DNA of 62,978 nt, counting the filler. It is 7 parts of 7 records of this genome, joined end to end, with 100 filler letters (N's around TTAATTAATTAA, not from the genome) between each part and the next. Parts side by side here need not be neighbours in the genome. Positions count along the whole stretch, not along the records: positions 32,181 to 48,932 come from DRR723986_9448; positions 49,033 to 57,598 come from DRR723986_9451; 5 more parts are not named here. One strand, given 5' to 3'. A program made the position numbers and the translations under genes. A model generated the notes under the pieces. It was not told where the DNA came from. It did not search any database and worked only from the letters and a program-made list of their open reading frames with translations. This document shows, one piece after another, positions 44,201 through 53,400 of the stretch (its first letter is position 1; every line of letters starts with the position of its first letter).

Positions 44201-45589
44201 AACGGCTTCCGCAACTTTGCTAATTGGAGCGACGCGGGTGGCGTGGGTGGACGCAGCCTTGCAGAATACGCTGAGAACGACACAACCGGTCGCCTGTTCA
44301 TGGGTGGTGGTGGCGGTGCCGGCCACGTAAATCATACAAATGGTTCGGGTGGTGCGCGCGGTGGCGGAATAATTTATATTCGTTGTGGCACGTTGCGCAG
44401 CACACCAAATTCACTGATAACGGCACGTGGCGTTAACGCTTTGGATGACGATGCGGCCCTGAACCCCGATGGCTGCGGCGGCGGCGGTGCCGGCGGTACC
44501 ATTATGCTGCATGCCGACCAACTACTTGAAAATGTGACGCTGGACGTACGCGGCGGCAACGGCGGGACACGGATTCGCGACCTGTCAACGACTTCCGGAC
44601 CAGGCGGCGGCGGTGCCGGCGGGATTGTACTGCTTTCCGGCGATCTTGACGAAAGTGAATTTGAAGTTCTCACCAGCCTCGGTGGTGGAGTCGCAGGCGA
44701 ACTCGGCATGGGAAGTGGCAACACCTACGGTGCCGGAGATGGTGGCACAGGTGCGCGGATAACGAATGTCAAGGTTAATGATGCGCTGAGCAATATCGTA
44801 TTCGATGCCTGTGACGGCTGTTACCCCGTCCGCAAGGCAATTGTAGGTGGCTGTGGCGAAGTAGAGTTTAACATCGCAGATGCAAATTTCGAAGTTCGCT
44901 CAGTTGTGCTTTCAGAGGAAAGTGCCAACGTCGTAATGACTATCGAAGAACTTAACACCCTGCGAGTAGCCGTCCGCGTGGAGCTTGACGATCCTTCGCG
45001 CTCCGGCAGTTATACTATCACAGGCCGCAATGTTAACAACAAAGAATCTATTTTCCGTGGCATTATCCTGCCGCGGCCGCCAATGCCGGAATTATTATTC
45101 CGCAATGACTCGCTGTTTATAGCCGAAGATATTTTGCCGTTTGCCGATTCAATTCAGTGGTATAGCGAAGAACGCGGGACACTTGCCCAACAGACTGCCG
45201 GCCGTCTGGCACTTGTTGACTCAGGCGTTTATTGGGTGCAGATCTGGAATGAAGAAGGCTGTTCCGCTTCCTCTGAGCGCTACAACTTTAATGTTGTCAG
45301 CAGCATCAGAAATAACTCGCAGCAGTCAAGTATTACGCTGGCGGCCTATCCAAACCCTGCAGTTAACATGTTAACTATTTCCTGCCGCACAAATTCTGCA
45401 GAGAAAATGCGCTTGCAGATCAATGACCTTTATGGACGTATGCTCTACCAGCAGGAACTGCCGGCCTTCCGCTTCCAGCATGAAGTCGATATTGATTTAC
45501 ATAAACTTGCCCTGGCACCTGCGGCATATGTAGTCAGTGTTTCCGCTGCAGTGATGTATGCGAGCACGGTGTTCATTAAACAACCGTAG
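41204..45589 (+). CDS. Large T9SS-secreted surface protein (IgGFc-binding-like N-terminus, PKD/SprB-like repeats, Gly-rich domain)
   Basis: GREFFLCF...YGFGKAESYAYPAG, repeated DAGED..IC modules, GGGG-rich segment, AYPNPAV CTD. Start uncertain. Confidence 0.82.
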   Translation: MRHRTRRLVCWCFFSDCMVNPTAPIEQRLAVDAPRPACGTSPTRLSLMLVLSLCALLFLPDASVHAQERDSQGREFFLCFPPNYHQTGGQNQPLDSLYICITAEKETRGRIEYRDRSGRDYIRTFEFTPPITRHVESFAYLDFELQGDNLDGLLKNPESQNETTAAQVFRVVITSTPEVSVFGLNHAGASSDGFMALPADALDGYYTLPSLPSDVRVIENRLAASSTPSQFAVVALDDNSEILIQPGAPLPKADEGPLRITLQRGEAYLVQSRMSPNETQNDLTGTIVLSDGPLAVFTGHQRTQMPAGGSQNSATQDHILQQVAPVSTWGKEVRVAPLANAADDDGIGSDLIQILATNPETTIRINGSERAVLQAGETLEELLDQALFIVADEPIYVTHYRHSSSLVGSATAKLGDPFALPLTPSEQWQNEYHFSTAQAYTNLESPDRRSFDLQYLNVVIRSQDVQGLTLNGESLGADQFRQAEFGDFVYANIKLDDGAHVLRADQSFGAHVYGFGKAESYAYPAGAALLPINLDCNADAGAAITVCQGDTVTLSAISSGFGNQTTYRWSPDEFLITSPFARQLRFRAVETAWYKVIVRDERDCRAEDSVLVTVTPRPRINAGEDQILCVGETTQLGFEELEEPISSIRWSPADKLNDPTSPAPTAFPEVSTGFVVEVETLSGCVVYDTVVVNVRPRPIVDAGEDVAICRTSSTELQAKGGVDYEWRPTVGLNNPNIYNPIARPTQTQKYFVRVTDEFGCVNEDSVTVIVEDCAPCEEISGVINDYASVITIDRASRRVRVVDASSFAPGDLAMIVQMQGADINLDQSENYGRINSIATAGAHELVRIADISLNFLSTEGPINNSYDDAGKVQVVRVPEYDHVTVTDRLHPEPWNGNTGGILAMVANCLIVEDTISVDSCGFRGGEYEVQSGCLFEPNTTDWVSDQLCRFSYRGEGVAAYGDGRFIYGRGAPANAGGGGNNHNAGGGGGANGGPGGSGGNGFRNFANWSDAGGVGGRSLAEYAENDTTGRLFMGGGGGAGHVNHTNGSGGARGGGIIYIRCGTLRSTPNSLITARGVNALDDDAALNPDGCGGGGAGGTIMLHADQLLENVTLDVRGGNGGTRIRDLSTTSGPGGGGAGGIVLLSGDLDESEFEVLTSLGGGVAGELGMGSGNTYGAGDGGTGARITNVKVNDALSNIVFDACDGCYPVRKAIVGGCGEVEFNIADANFEVRSVVLSEESANVVMTIEELNTLRVAVRVELDDPSRSGSYTITGRNVNNKESIFRGIILPRPPMPELLFRNDSLFIAEDILPFADSIQWYSEERGTLAQQTAGRLALVDSGVYWVQIWNEEGCSASSERYNFNVVSSIRNNSQQSSITLAAYPNPAVNMLTISCRTNSAEKMRLQINDLYGRMLYQQELPAFRFQHEVDIDLHKLALAPAAYVVSVSAAVMYASTVFIKQP

Positions 45590-45758
45590 AAATATTCGGC
45601 AAGGTGGTGCGTGCTGCGCCACTGGCGCCGGCATGTCTTAAACTTTATCAGCCAAGTGGCACATGCAGCGGCTGTATTCGCAACTGCGGATGGTCTCAGC
45701 CACTTGGCTTCAACCCGATTAAGTTCAACAACGCACTCAAAGTAACACGGCAAGGATT

Positions 45759-46928
45759 ATGAACGAACTACTGGCATCAGCTAAGAATCTGGAACAAGAC
45801 ATCATTCGTGATCGCCGCCACATCCACCAAAACCCGGAACTTTCGTTTGTTGAACACCAAACCGCAGCTTATATCCGTGAGCGACTGACAGCCATGGATA
45901 TCCCATTCAAAGTCCTGGCTGACACGGGTACCGTTGCACACATTGGCCAGGGAGAGCGCTGTGTAGCCCTGCGTGCTGATATCGACGCCCTTCCAATTCA
46001 TGAGGAAAGCGGCGAAGAATTTGCGTCACGCAACGATGGTGTGATGCATGCCTGTGGACACGATGCACACACCTCAATGTTACTTGCAGCTGCCAAAATG
46101 TTAAAAGACCGCGAATCTACTTTGGGCGGCGTAGTTAAACTGATTTTCCAGCCGGGCGAAGAAAAACTTCCCGGCGGTGCCAGTATCATGATCCGCGAAG
46201 GTGCACTCCTTGACCCAGTGCCCGAAGTCATCTTTGGACAGCATGTTTACCCCGACGCGCCGGCCGGACACATTGGCTTTGTCCCAGGCGCGATGATGGC
46301 GTCCGCAGATGAGTTATACTGGACAATTCACGGTCGTGGTGGCCACGCAGCGCAGCCGCATCAGACCGTCGACCCAATTGTTATTGCGGCGAACCTGATT
46401 ACACAGCTGCAGAGCATAGTCAGCCGCACATTAAACCCATTCGACCCCGGCGTGTTAAGTGTCACAGCTATTCATGGCGGACATGCTAACAACGTTGTAC
46501 CGGATTCAGTTGAAATGCTGGGCACGCTACGTTCACTCAACCTGGACTGGCGCGAATCGGCGATAGCGAAAATTGAGCAATTCTCGCGGACGATTGCAGA
46601 AGCTGCCGGCGGAACTTGTGATATCCGTATTCACCGGGGGTATCCCCCCTTGTTTAATGACGCCGCAACAACTCAATTCGCACGCGAAACTGCTTTGAAT
46701 CTTGTTGACCCTGCCGTCGTATTTGACTTTGAACCCAAAATGTGGGGCGAAGATTTTGCGTACTACGCTCAGGAAATTCCGGCTTGTTTCTGGATGCTTG
46801 GTGTGCGCGCACATGACCGCGACGCAGCACCTGGGCTGCATAACGCCAAGTTTGTCATCGATGAATCGGCCTTGCACAAAGGCGCAGCGATGATGTCCGC
46901 AGCGGCAATTAATCGCCTGAGTTCCTAA
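45759..46928 (+). CDS. M20D family amidohydrolase
   Basis: RADIDALP, MHACGHDAH, FQPGEE, GEDF motifs. Confidence 0.93.
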   Translation: MNELLASAKNLEQDIIRDRRHIHQNPELSFVEHQTAAYIRERLTAMDIPFKVLADTGTVAHIGQGERCVALRADIDALPIHEESGEEFASRNDGVMHACGHDAHTSMLLAAAKMLKDRESTLGGVVKLIFQPGEEKLPGGASIMIREGALLDPVPEVIFGQHVYPDAPAGHIGFVPGAMMASADELYWTIHGRGGHAAQPHQTVDPIVIAANLITQLQSIVSRTLNPFDPGVLSVTAIHGGHANNVVPDSVEMLGTLRSLNLDWRESAIAKIEQFSRTIAEAAGGTCDIRIHRGYPPLFNDAATTQFARETALNLVDPAVVFDFEPKMWGEDFAYYAQEIPACFWMLGVRAHDRDAAPGLHNAKFVIDESALHKGAAMMSAAAINRLSS

Positions 46929-46944
46929 GGGACAAATTAGGAGG

Positions 46945-47391
46945 ATGAAGATGTTCAACTCCAGCAAAACAATCGAAGTTAACGGCGCGGCAGAACTTTC
47001 AATTGACCGCCCGCTCGTAATTTTTGACGGTGACTGTGCCATGTGCAGCGCTTCGGTTAAGCTCATCCTTAAACTGGAGCGAGAGCCACTAATGGTTTTC
47101 GCTCCCAGCAATGGCCCGACCTTCCGCAAACTCATTCCCAGCGAGTTGCACGCGCGCGATACCATGATGCTGCAGCACAATGGCGTAACACTCATAGAAT
47201 CCGACGCAGTCCTCAAAATTGCGCATCTGCTCGGTGCTCCCTGGAGCCTGGCATACCTTCTGCGATTTTTGCCGCGCACTTTGCGCAATCGCGCCTATAG
47301 ATGGGTTGCACGCAATCGTTATACGTTTTTTGGCCGCAATGAATCTTGTTACCTACCGCCGCCCGAGCTACGCACCAGATTCCTGCCTTAG
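46945..47391 (+). CDS. DCC1-like thiol-disulfide oxidoreductase family protein
   Basis: FDGDCAMC (DxxCxxC), YRWVARNRY..FG motif; AGGAGG RBS. Confidence 0.88.
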   Translation: MKMFNSSKTIEVNGAAELSIDRPLVIFDGDCAMCSASVKLILKLEREPLMVFAPSNGPTFRKLIPSELHARDTMMLQHNGVTLIESDAVLKIAHLLGAPWSLAYLLRFLPRTLRNRAYRWVARNRYTFFGRNESCYLPPPELRTRFLP

Positions 47392-47560
47392 AAGTTAGAA
47401 TCAAAGTCTTAACACACTTGTTGCTGCAACAACGAACAGGCATTAACAGACAGCGGCAGCTTCTTAGACACAAGCTATTAAACAATTGGCTCTCAAAGCG
47501 AGCAACTTCAGCATCACTGTGTTTAACTCAATCGGCAACACCAACAAAGCAGGACTTAAC

Positions 47561-48328
47561 ATGAGTGGGCAAAACGACGAACTCCAACTCTTGATAGATT
47601 TACACAAAAACGCAGACAGACAGGGCCCCGGCGGTGAAGCCGAGACACAACTCGCAATTTCCCTTGCGGGCCTTTCCAAAGGCAACAAGCTTACAATTGC
47701 GGACATTGGCTGCGGAACAGGTGCCCAAACTATCACTCTGGCAAAGGCCCTAAATGCAGACATTACGGCTGTGGACTTCTTGCCCGACTTTCTTGCCGAA
47801 CTTCAACAGCGGGCGCGGGCCGCAGGAGTCTCCAGCAACATCAAAACCCTGGCAGAGTCGATGGACGCATTAACATTTGCATCAGAATCTCTTGACGTCA
47901 TCTGGTCGGAAGGTGCCGTTTACAACATGGGATTCGAAAACGGCGTGCGCAACTGGCGCAAGTTTCTCAAACCCGGAGGAATCATTGCACTTTCGGAGTT
48001 AACGTGGCTCACCGAGACACGCCCGGACGAGCTGCACACACATTGGACAAATGCCTACCCTGATGTTAACACAGCTTCTGCCAAATTTGCGATTCTGGAG
48101 TCATGTGGCTACTCGCCGATGGCATACTTTACATTGCCAATACACTGTTGGCTCGATAATTATTACCGCCCGATGCAAGCGCGATTTGAGGCATTCCTGG
48201 CCGAACATAATAACTCCCCGGCGGCACAAGCAATTGCCCAGGAAGAACAGGCTGAAATCAGTCTTTACGAACGTTATGCGGACTTTGTGAGCTACGGCTT
48301 CTACATTGCTCAAAAACTCCCGGGCTAG
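47561..48328 (+). CDS. Class I SAM-dependent methyltransferase
   Basis: RQGPG, IADIGCGTG, DVIWSEGA, FLKPGG motifs. Confidence 0.9.
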   Translation: MSGQNDELQLLIDLHKNADRQGPGGEAETQLAISLAGLSKGNKLTIADIGCGTGAQTITLAKALNADITAVDFLPDFLAELQQRARAAGVSSNIKTLAESMDALTFASESLDVIWSEGAVYNMGFENGVRNWRKFLKPGGIIALSELTWLTETRPDELHTHWTNAYPDVNTASAKFAILESCGYSPMAYFTLPIHCWLDNYYRPMQARFEAFLAEHNNSPAAQAIAQEEQAEISLYERYADFVSYGFYIAQKLPG

Positions 48329-48902
48329 GCGACTTACCAACGACTTAAACAAACACCACGCCACTTAACACATTCGCAGGTAGCGGCTAGCGCACATCCA
48401 ATCAGTTAACAACTCACCCCCAAGCCACTTTCTTTTAGCAATACGCATTTCACAGACAGTGCAACTTCCCTTTGGGCTTGACAAAGACCGCTTCGCCTCG
48501 CCTCCATTACACTCGCCGGCGGCTTGCTTTTTTCTTTTGTTAGTCCCTGGGGCAGCAACCTAAAGAATCTGAGCCCGCCACAAGTCTGTAAAACTTCTAA
48601 GACTACCAGGCTTTAGACATTTAACATAGCGGCACTGTAGCGGGATTCTGGTTATTCGGCCTAAACAGTCTATGCAATGCGAGCATAGATGCTTAACGGC
48701 AACCCAGTGGATTCACGCTTTATTCCCAGTGACAAACAAAATGGATTTGCTTAGCTCAGGTCAAAACCCAATCAGTATGATAGCGCACGGCCAATTTCCC
48801 TGCGGAACACCGTAAAGCCGGAACTCCGAGGCGAGAGAGGTTCAGCCCCAAGAGGCCAGAGATATTTGGACCGAAAACAATTGGGTAACCAGCCCACAAG
48901 GC

Positions 48903-48932
48903 CACCAGCTCACCAGCTCACCAGCTCACCAG
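48903..48932. repeat. 8-mer tandem repeat at contig end
   Basis: (CACCAGCT)3 CACCAG. Confidence 0.85.
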
Positions 48933-49032
48933 NNNNNNNNNNNNNNNNNNNNNNNNNNNNNNNNNNNNNNNNNNNNTTAATTAATTAANNNNNNNNNNNN
49001 NNNNNNNNNNNNNNNNNNNNNNNNNNNNNNNN
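48933..49032. other. Artificial contig spacer
   Basis: N-run with TTAATTAATTAA. Confidence 0.99.
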
Positions 49033-49100
49033 GCCCCTCGGTTCGGGCGCGGTGGCACTTTAGAGGCAACTAAGTCCGCATTCCTCCCTCTCCAAACCTC

Positions 49101-49559
49101 TCAAGTCTCTGCCTTTTTTTCCCAACGCCCTGATTCTTCCGACCAATATTGCGCCGACGCGCCTGCGTCCTTGAGGGTCTTCCACTGGGTACGGGCATGG
49201 GCCACCGCCGCCTCGTCCATGCCGTCAAACAAGATACACACCCTGTCCAATGTCCCCACTTCTTCGGCGCTGACCTCGGCCCCGTGCACGGACATCACGC
49301 AATTGGGCCGGTTGGGGGCCTCCGTGGTTGTGGTCAACAGAACCGGTTGATCCGCGTCCTGCGGCCCGCCGGCCAGACCATGGGGCAAAAAGCTGTCCTC
49401 TGGCCCCCGCCACAGCGCCTGATCCAGCGCGGCAAGGGCCGATGCATCTGTCCCGCGCACCGCGACCTTCCATCCGTTATCAAGCGATTTGCCCAGCAGC
49501 ATCACCAGCGTTTCCGCCAGTGATTTGCGCGTCAGATGATAGAAAAACGCAGCGCCCAT
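49101..49559 (-). CDS. holC: DNA polymerase III chi subunit
   Basis: FYHLT, LDQALW...SFLPHG, ARTQWK motifs; follows pepA. Confidence 0.93.
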   Translation of the reverse strand: MGAAFFYHLTRKSLAETLVMLLGKSLDNGWKVAVRGTDASALAALDQALWRGPEDSFLPHGLAGGPQDADQPVLLTTTTEAPNRPNCVMSVHGAEVSAEEVGTLDRVCILFDGMDEAAVAHARTQWKTLKDAGASAQYWSEESGRWEKKAET

Positions 49560-49564
49560 GGGCG

Positions 49565-51037
49565 TTACCCCGCCTCATACCGATCTGCGATCAAACGATT
49601 CAGCGCTGCAACGCCCCAGCCCGTTGCGCCAGCAGGGGCCAGCGCGGTTTCGGATTTGACCGATGCCACACCGGCAATATCGAGGTGAATCCACGGCGTA
49701 TCATCTTTGACAAACCGTTGCAGGAATTGCGCCGCCGTGACGGACCCCGCAGGGCGTCCGCCGATGTTTTTCATATCCGCAATCCGGCTTTTGAGCATAT
49801 CATCATAGGCCTGCCCCAGCGGCATACGCCACGCGCCCTCGCCCTCGGCCTTGGCGGCCTTGAGGAAGTCATTGCACAGGTCATCATCGTTGGAGAACAC
49901 ACCCGCGTTCTCATGGCCCAGCCCGATGATAATCGCGCCCGTCAAGGTCGCCAGATCAATCATCGCGGAGGGGTTGAATCGCTCTTGCGCGTACCACATC
50001 ACATCGCACAGCACCAAACGCCCCTCGGCATCTGTGTTGATCACCTCAACCGTGTCACCTTTCATGGATTTGATCACATCGCCGGGGCGCACCGCGTTGC
50101 CAGAGGGCATGTTTTCCACCAGCCCAACCAGACCGACCACATTGGCCTTGGCCCCGCGCAAGGCCAGGCTGCGCATCACACCGGACACAACGCCCGCGCC
50201 GCCCATGTCCATCGTCATGTCTTCCATCCCCGCGCCGGGTTTCAGGCTGATCCCGCCGGTGTCAAACACCACGCCCTTGCCAACCAGTGCCAAAGGCGCA
50301 TCGCCTTTCTTGCCGCCGTCCCAACGCATGACCACAACCTTGGAGGGGCTGTCGGACCCCTGCCCAACGCACAAAAGCGTTCGCATTCCAAGCTTTGCCA
50401 GCTCATCTTCATCCAGGACTTCAACCTTTAGGCCCAGTTCACCCATCGCAACAAGTTCATCGGCGAAGCTGCTGGTGGTCAACACATTTGCTGGCGCATT
50501 GGTCAAATCGCGGGTCATAAAGGCGCCCTCGGCAATGGCCAGTAATGGCGCGGCGGCTTCGCTGGCGTCCTCAGGTTTGCTGCACATGACGGTCACGGCT
50601 CCGGCCCGCGGTTTGGCATCGGATTTCTGCGCGTCATAGCCATAATCCCGCATCGCCAGACCAAAGGCCATCTCGGCCACCCGCCGCATGCCCGCCGCCA
50701 GAACCAGCACATTGGCCTTGCCGCGCCGCTTGGCCAATGACGCGCCCGCGCGGCGCGCCTCCTGCACCGATGCCTTGCGCGGCAGAAACACCACATCCAC
50801 GGCCTCCGCGGCCAATCCTGTCGGGTAGGACATCACATGCACATCCCCTGCCTTGGCCTTGGCAAAGCCATCGCCCTCAACAAGCCGCAGCAGCGCACCG
50901 CGCATCAGCTTGTTGACCCGCCGCGCCCCCGCATCGAGCCGTCCTTCGGGATCAACAAACACGGCAATCCGCCCCTGATGCTCCGCGATATGGTCTATCT
51001 CGGTGGTCTCGAATGTGATGGGTGTCAAAGTTGTCAT
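49565..51037 (-). CDS. pepA: Leucyl aminopeptidase (M17)
   Basis: VGKGVVFDTGG, DMGGAG, NTDAEGRL, HLDIAG motifs. Confidence 0.96.
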   Translation of the reverse strand: MTTLTPITFETTEIDHIAEHQGRIAVFVDPEGRLDAGARRVNKLMRGALLRLVEGDGFAKAKAGDVHVMSYPTGLAAEAVDVVFLPRKASVQEARRAGASLAKRRGKANVLVLAAGMRRVAEMAFGLAMRDYGYDAQKSDAKPRAGAVTVMCSKPEDASEAAAPLLAIAEGAFMTRDLTNAPANVLTTSSFADELVAMGELGLKVEVLDEDELAKLGMRTLLCVGQGSDSPSKVVVMRWDGGKKGDAPLALVGKGVVFDTGGISLKPGAGMEDMTMDMGGAGVVSGVMRSLALRGAKANVVGLVGLVENMPSGNAVRPGDVIKSMKGDTVEVINTDAEGRLVLCDVMWYAQERFNPSAMIDLATLTGAIIIGLGHENAGVFSNDDDLCNDFLKAAKAEGEGAWRMPLGQAYDDMLKSRIADMKNIGGRPAGSVTAAQFLQRFVKDDTPWIHLDIAGVASVKSETALAPAGATGWGVAALNRLIADRYEAG

Positions 51038-51172
51038 TGCGCAGGCCTCTGTCTGATTTCGCGACAAGACCTAGCGCGGCACCGCCGACATGACCAGATA
51101 GCAGTTTTCGCCGATCAGATTATGCGGTAAGATTGTGTCAACACGCCGTAAGAGCAACTTGGGGGAGTCGCA

Positions 51173-52303
51173 GTGGCCAAATTCGACCGCTATTTGCTGT
51201 CGCAGCTTCTTGTTATGTTCGGCTTTTTCGCGCTGGTTCTGGTGGCCCTTTTTTGGATCAACCGGGCGGTTGTGCTCTTTGACCGTTTGATCGGCGATGG
51301 GCAATCCGCCCTTGTTTTCCTTGAGTTTACCTCGCTCAGCTTGCCGAAACTGATCACCACGGTCCTGCCCATCGCGGCCTTTGCAGGCGCGGTCTATGTC
51401 ACCAACCGGATGAGCGGCGAATCTGAGCTGACGGTTTTGCAATCCACCGGCACGAGCCCTTGGCGTCTGGCGCGGCCGGTACTGGTCTACGGTCTTTGTG
51501 TGGCCCTGATGATGAGCGTGCTGAGCCATTATCTTGTGCCGATGGCGCAATCGCAGCTGAACCAGCGTGAAAACGAGATCTCGCAAAACGTGACTTCGCG
51601 GCTGTTGACCGAAGGCACATTCCTGCATCCCACTGAAATGGTCACCTTTTACACCCGTTTGATCGACGAAGACGGGGTATTGCGTGATGTGTTCCTGTCG
51701 GACCGGCGCGATCCCGTGCAAGGTGTGATCTACACCGCAGCTGAGGCTTATCTGGTGCGCAACGGCGATGGCACGACCTTGATCATGGTCGATGGGCTGG
51801 CGCAACGGCTTGGCACTGCAGACAACCGCCTCGCCACGGCCAAGTTCCGCGATTTTTCCTTTGACATCTCGGGCTTGATGACCAAAGCGCCAACTGGGAA
51901 CCAATCGGTCGGCAATATGATCACCCCCGATCTGATTGGCGATTGGGATGTGATTTCCGCCAAAACTGGCGAGGCACCGGGATCCATCGCAGAGGAATTG
52001 CACGCGCGGTTTGCCCAACCGCTTTTCTGCGTGATTGCCGCGCTGGTGGGCTTTGCCACTTTGCTTTTGGGCGGTTTCTCGCGCTTTGGTGTTTGGCGCG
52101 AGGTGGCGATTGCCTTTGGTTTGCTGATTTCAATCGACGGCATTCGCGGCGTTCTGGTTGATATTGTCCGGGCAGATGCGCAGAACTGGCCGCTGCTTTA
52201 TCTGCCTTCGGCGATTGGATTTTTACTTGTGATTGGAATGCTTTGGCAGTCGGCCAACCCCGGATGGCTGCACCGGTTGCGCCGCAGAAGGGCCGCAACA
52301 TGA
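51173..52303 (+). CDS. lptF: LPS export ABC permease LptF
   Basis: YjgP/Q topology, ESELTVL..G.S motif; divergent from pepA. Confidence 0.92.
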   Translation: MAKFDRYLLSQLLVMFGFFALVLVALFWINRAVVLFDRLIGDGQSALVFLEFTSLSLPKLITTVLPIAAFAGAVYVTNRMSGESELTVLQSTGTSPWRLARPVLVYGLCVALMMSVLSHYLVPMAQSQLNQRENEISQNVTSRLLTEGTFLHPTEMVTFYTRLIDEDGVLRDVFLSDRRDPVQGVIYTAAEAYLVRNGDGTTLIMVDGLAQRLGTADNRLATAKFRDFSFDISGLMTKAPTGNQSVGNMITPDLIGDWDVISAKTGEAPGSIAEELHARFAQPLFCVIAALVGFATLLLGGFSRFGVWREVAIAFGLLISIDGIRGVLVDIVRADAQNWPLLYLPSAIGFLLVIGMLWQSANPGWLHRLRRRRAAT

Positions 52304-53397
52304 TCCTGCACCTGTATTTTGCCCGCCGCTTTGCGATGACCTTTTTGTTGATCACGGCGGTTCTGTTTGCGCTGGTGATGCTGGTGGATGCAGTGGAACA
52401 GGCGCGCAAGTTTGGCAGCTATGACATTGGCTGGCAAAAAATCATGGGGCTGACCCTGCTCAATGCGCCGCAGACCATCAATCTGATCCTGCCCCTGATC
52501 ATGATCCTTGCAACCGTCACACTGTTCATTTCGCTGGCAAAATCATCTGAAATGGTCGTGACACGGGCGGCGGGGCGGTCGGCGTTGCGCTCTCTTATCT
52601 CGCCTGTGGTGGTTGCGTTGATCATCGGGTTTATGGCGGTTGGCATGCTCAACCCCATCGTGGCCGCGACCGGAAACCGGTATTTGCAGCTGTCGGAAAG
52701 TTATCGTGCAGGCGGCGCATCTGCCCTGTCGATCAGCGACGAAGGGCTGTGGCTGCGCCAGGGCAGCGCATCGGGGCAAACCGTGATCCGCGCCTGGCGG
52801 TCCAACGCCGATGCATCGGTGCTGTTTGATGTGACCTTCCTGTCTTATGACAATGCCAACGGCCCTGTGCGCCGGATCGAGGCCGGAAGCGCCGCTTTGC
52901 AAAATGGCGAATGGTCCCTGCGCAACGCCAAATCCTGGCCTTTGACCGCTGGCCAGAACGCAGAGGCCAATGCCGAGACGTTTGAAACGTTGGTTATCCC
53001 ATCGTCGCTGACCCTTGACCGCATTCGCGAAAGCATCGGCAAACCGGGGGCTGTGTCGATCTACGATCTGCCCACATTCATCCGCCAGTTGGAACAAGCA
53101 GGTTTCAGCCCGCGCCGCCACAAGGTCTGGCTGCAAACCGAAATTGCCCGGCCGTTTTTCCTTGTTGCGATGGTTCTTGTTGCGAGCGCCTTTACCATGC
53201 GCCATACCCGTTTTGGCGGCACGGGGGTGGCCGTTCTGGCATCTGTCCTGCTGGGGTTTGGTTTGTATTTTATTCGCAGTTTTGCGCAGATTTTAGGTGA
53301 AAACGGGCAAATTCCCGTGATGCTGGCCGCTTGGGCACCGCCCGTGGCGGCGATTCTGCTGGCGCTTGGACTGCTGCTTCACGCAGAGGATGGCTGA
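52300..53397 (+). CDS. lptG: LPS export ABC permease LptG
   Basis: SSEMVVTRAAG.S, GLWLRQ, LAAWAP motifs; ATGA overlap with lptF. Confidence 0.92.
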   Translation: MILHLYFARRFAMTFLLITAVLFALVMLVDAVEQARKFGSYDIGWQKIMGLTLLNAPQTINLILPLIMILATVTLFISLAKSSEMVVTRAAGRSALRSLISPVVVALIIGFMAVGMLNPIVAATGNRYLQLSESYRAGGASALSISDEGLWLRQGSASGQTVIRAWRSNADASVLFDVTFLSYDNANGPVRRIEAGSAALQNGEWSLRNAKSWPLTAGQNAEANAETFETLVIPSSLTLDRIRESIGKPGAVSIYDLPTFIRQLEQAGFSPRRHKVWLQTEIARPFFLVAMVLVASAFTMRHTRFGGTGVAVLASVLLGFGLYFIRSFAQILGENGQIPVMLAAWAPPVAAILLALGLLLHAEDG

Positions 53398-53400
53398 CCG

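Noticed and set aside
48329-48902. tmRNA, RNase P or tRNA in the terminal non-coding region
   Set aside because: No diagnostic motifs seen on either strand by eye; only short hairpins. A cmscan would be needed to exclude fully.
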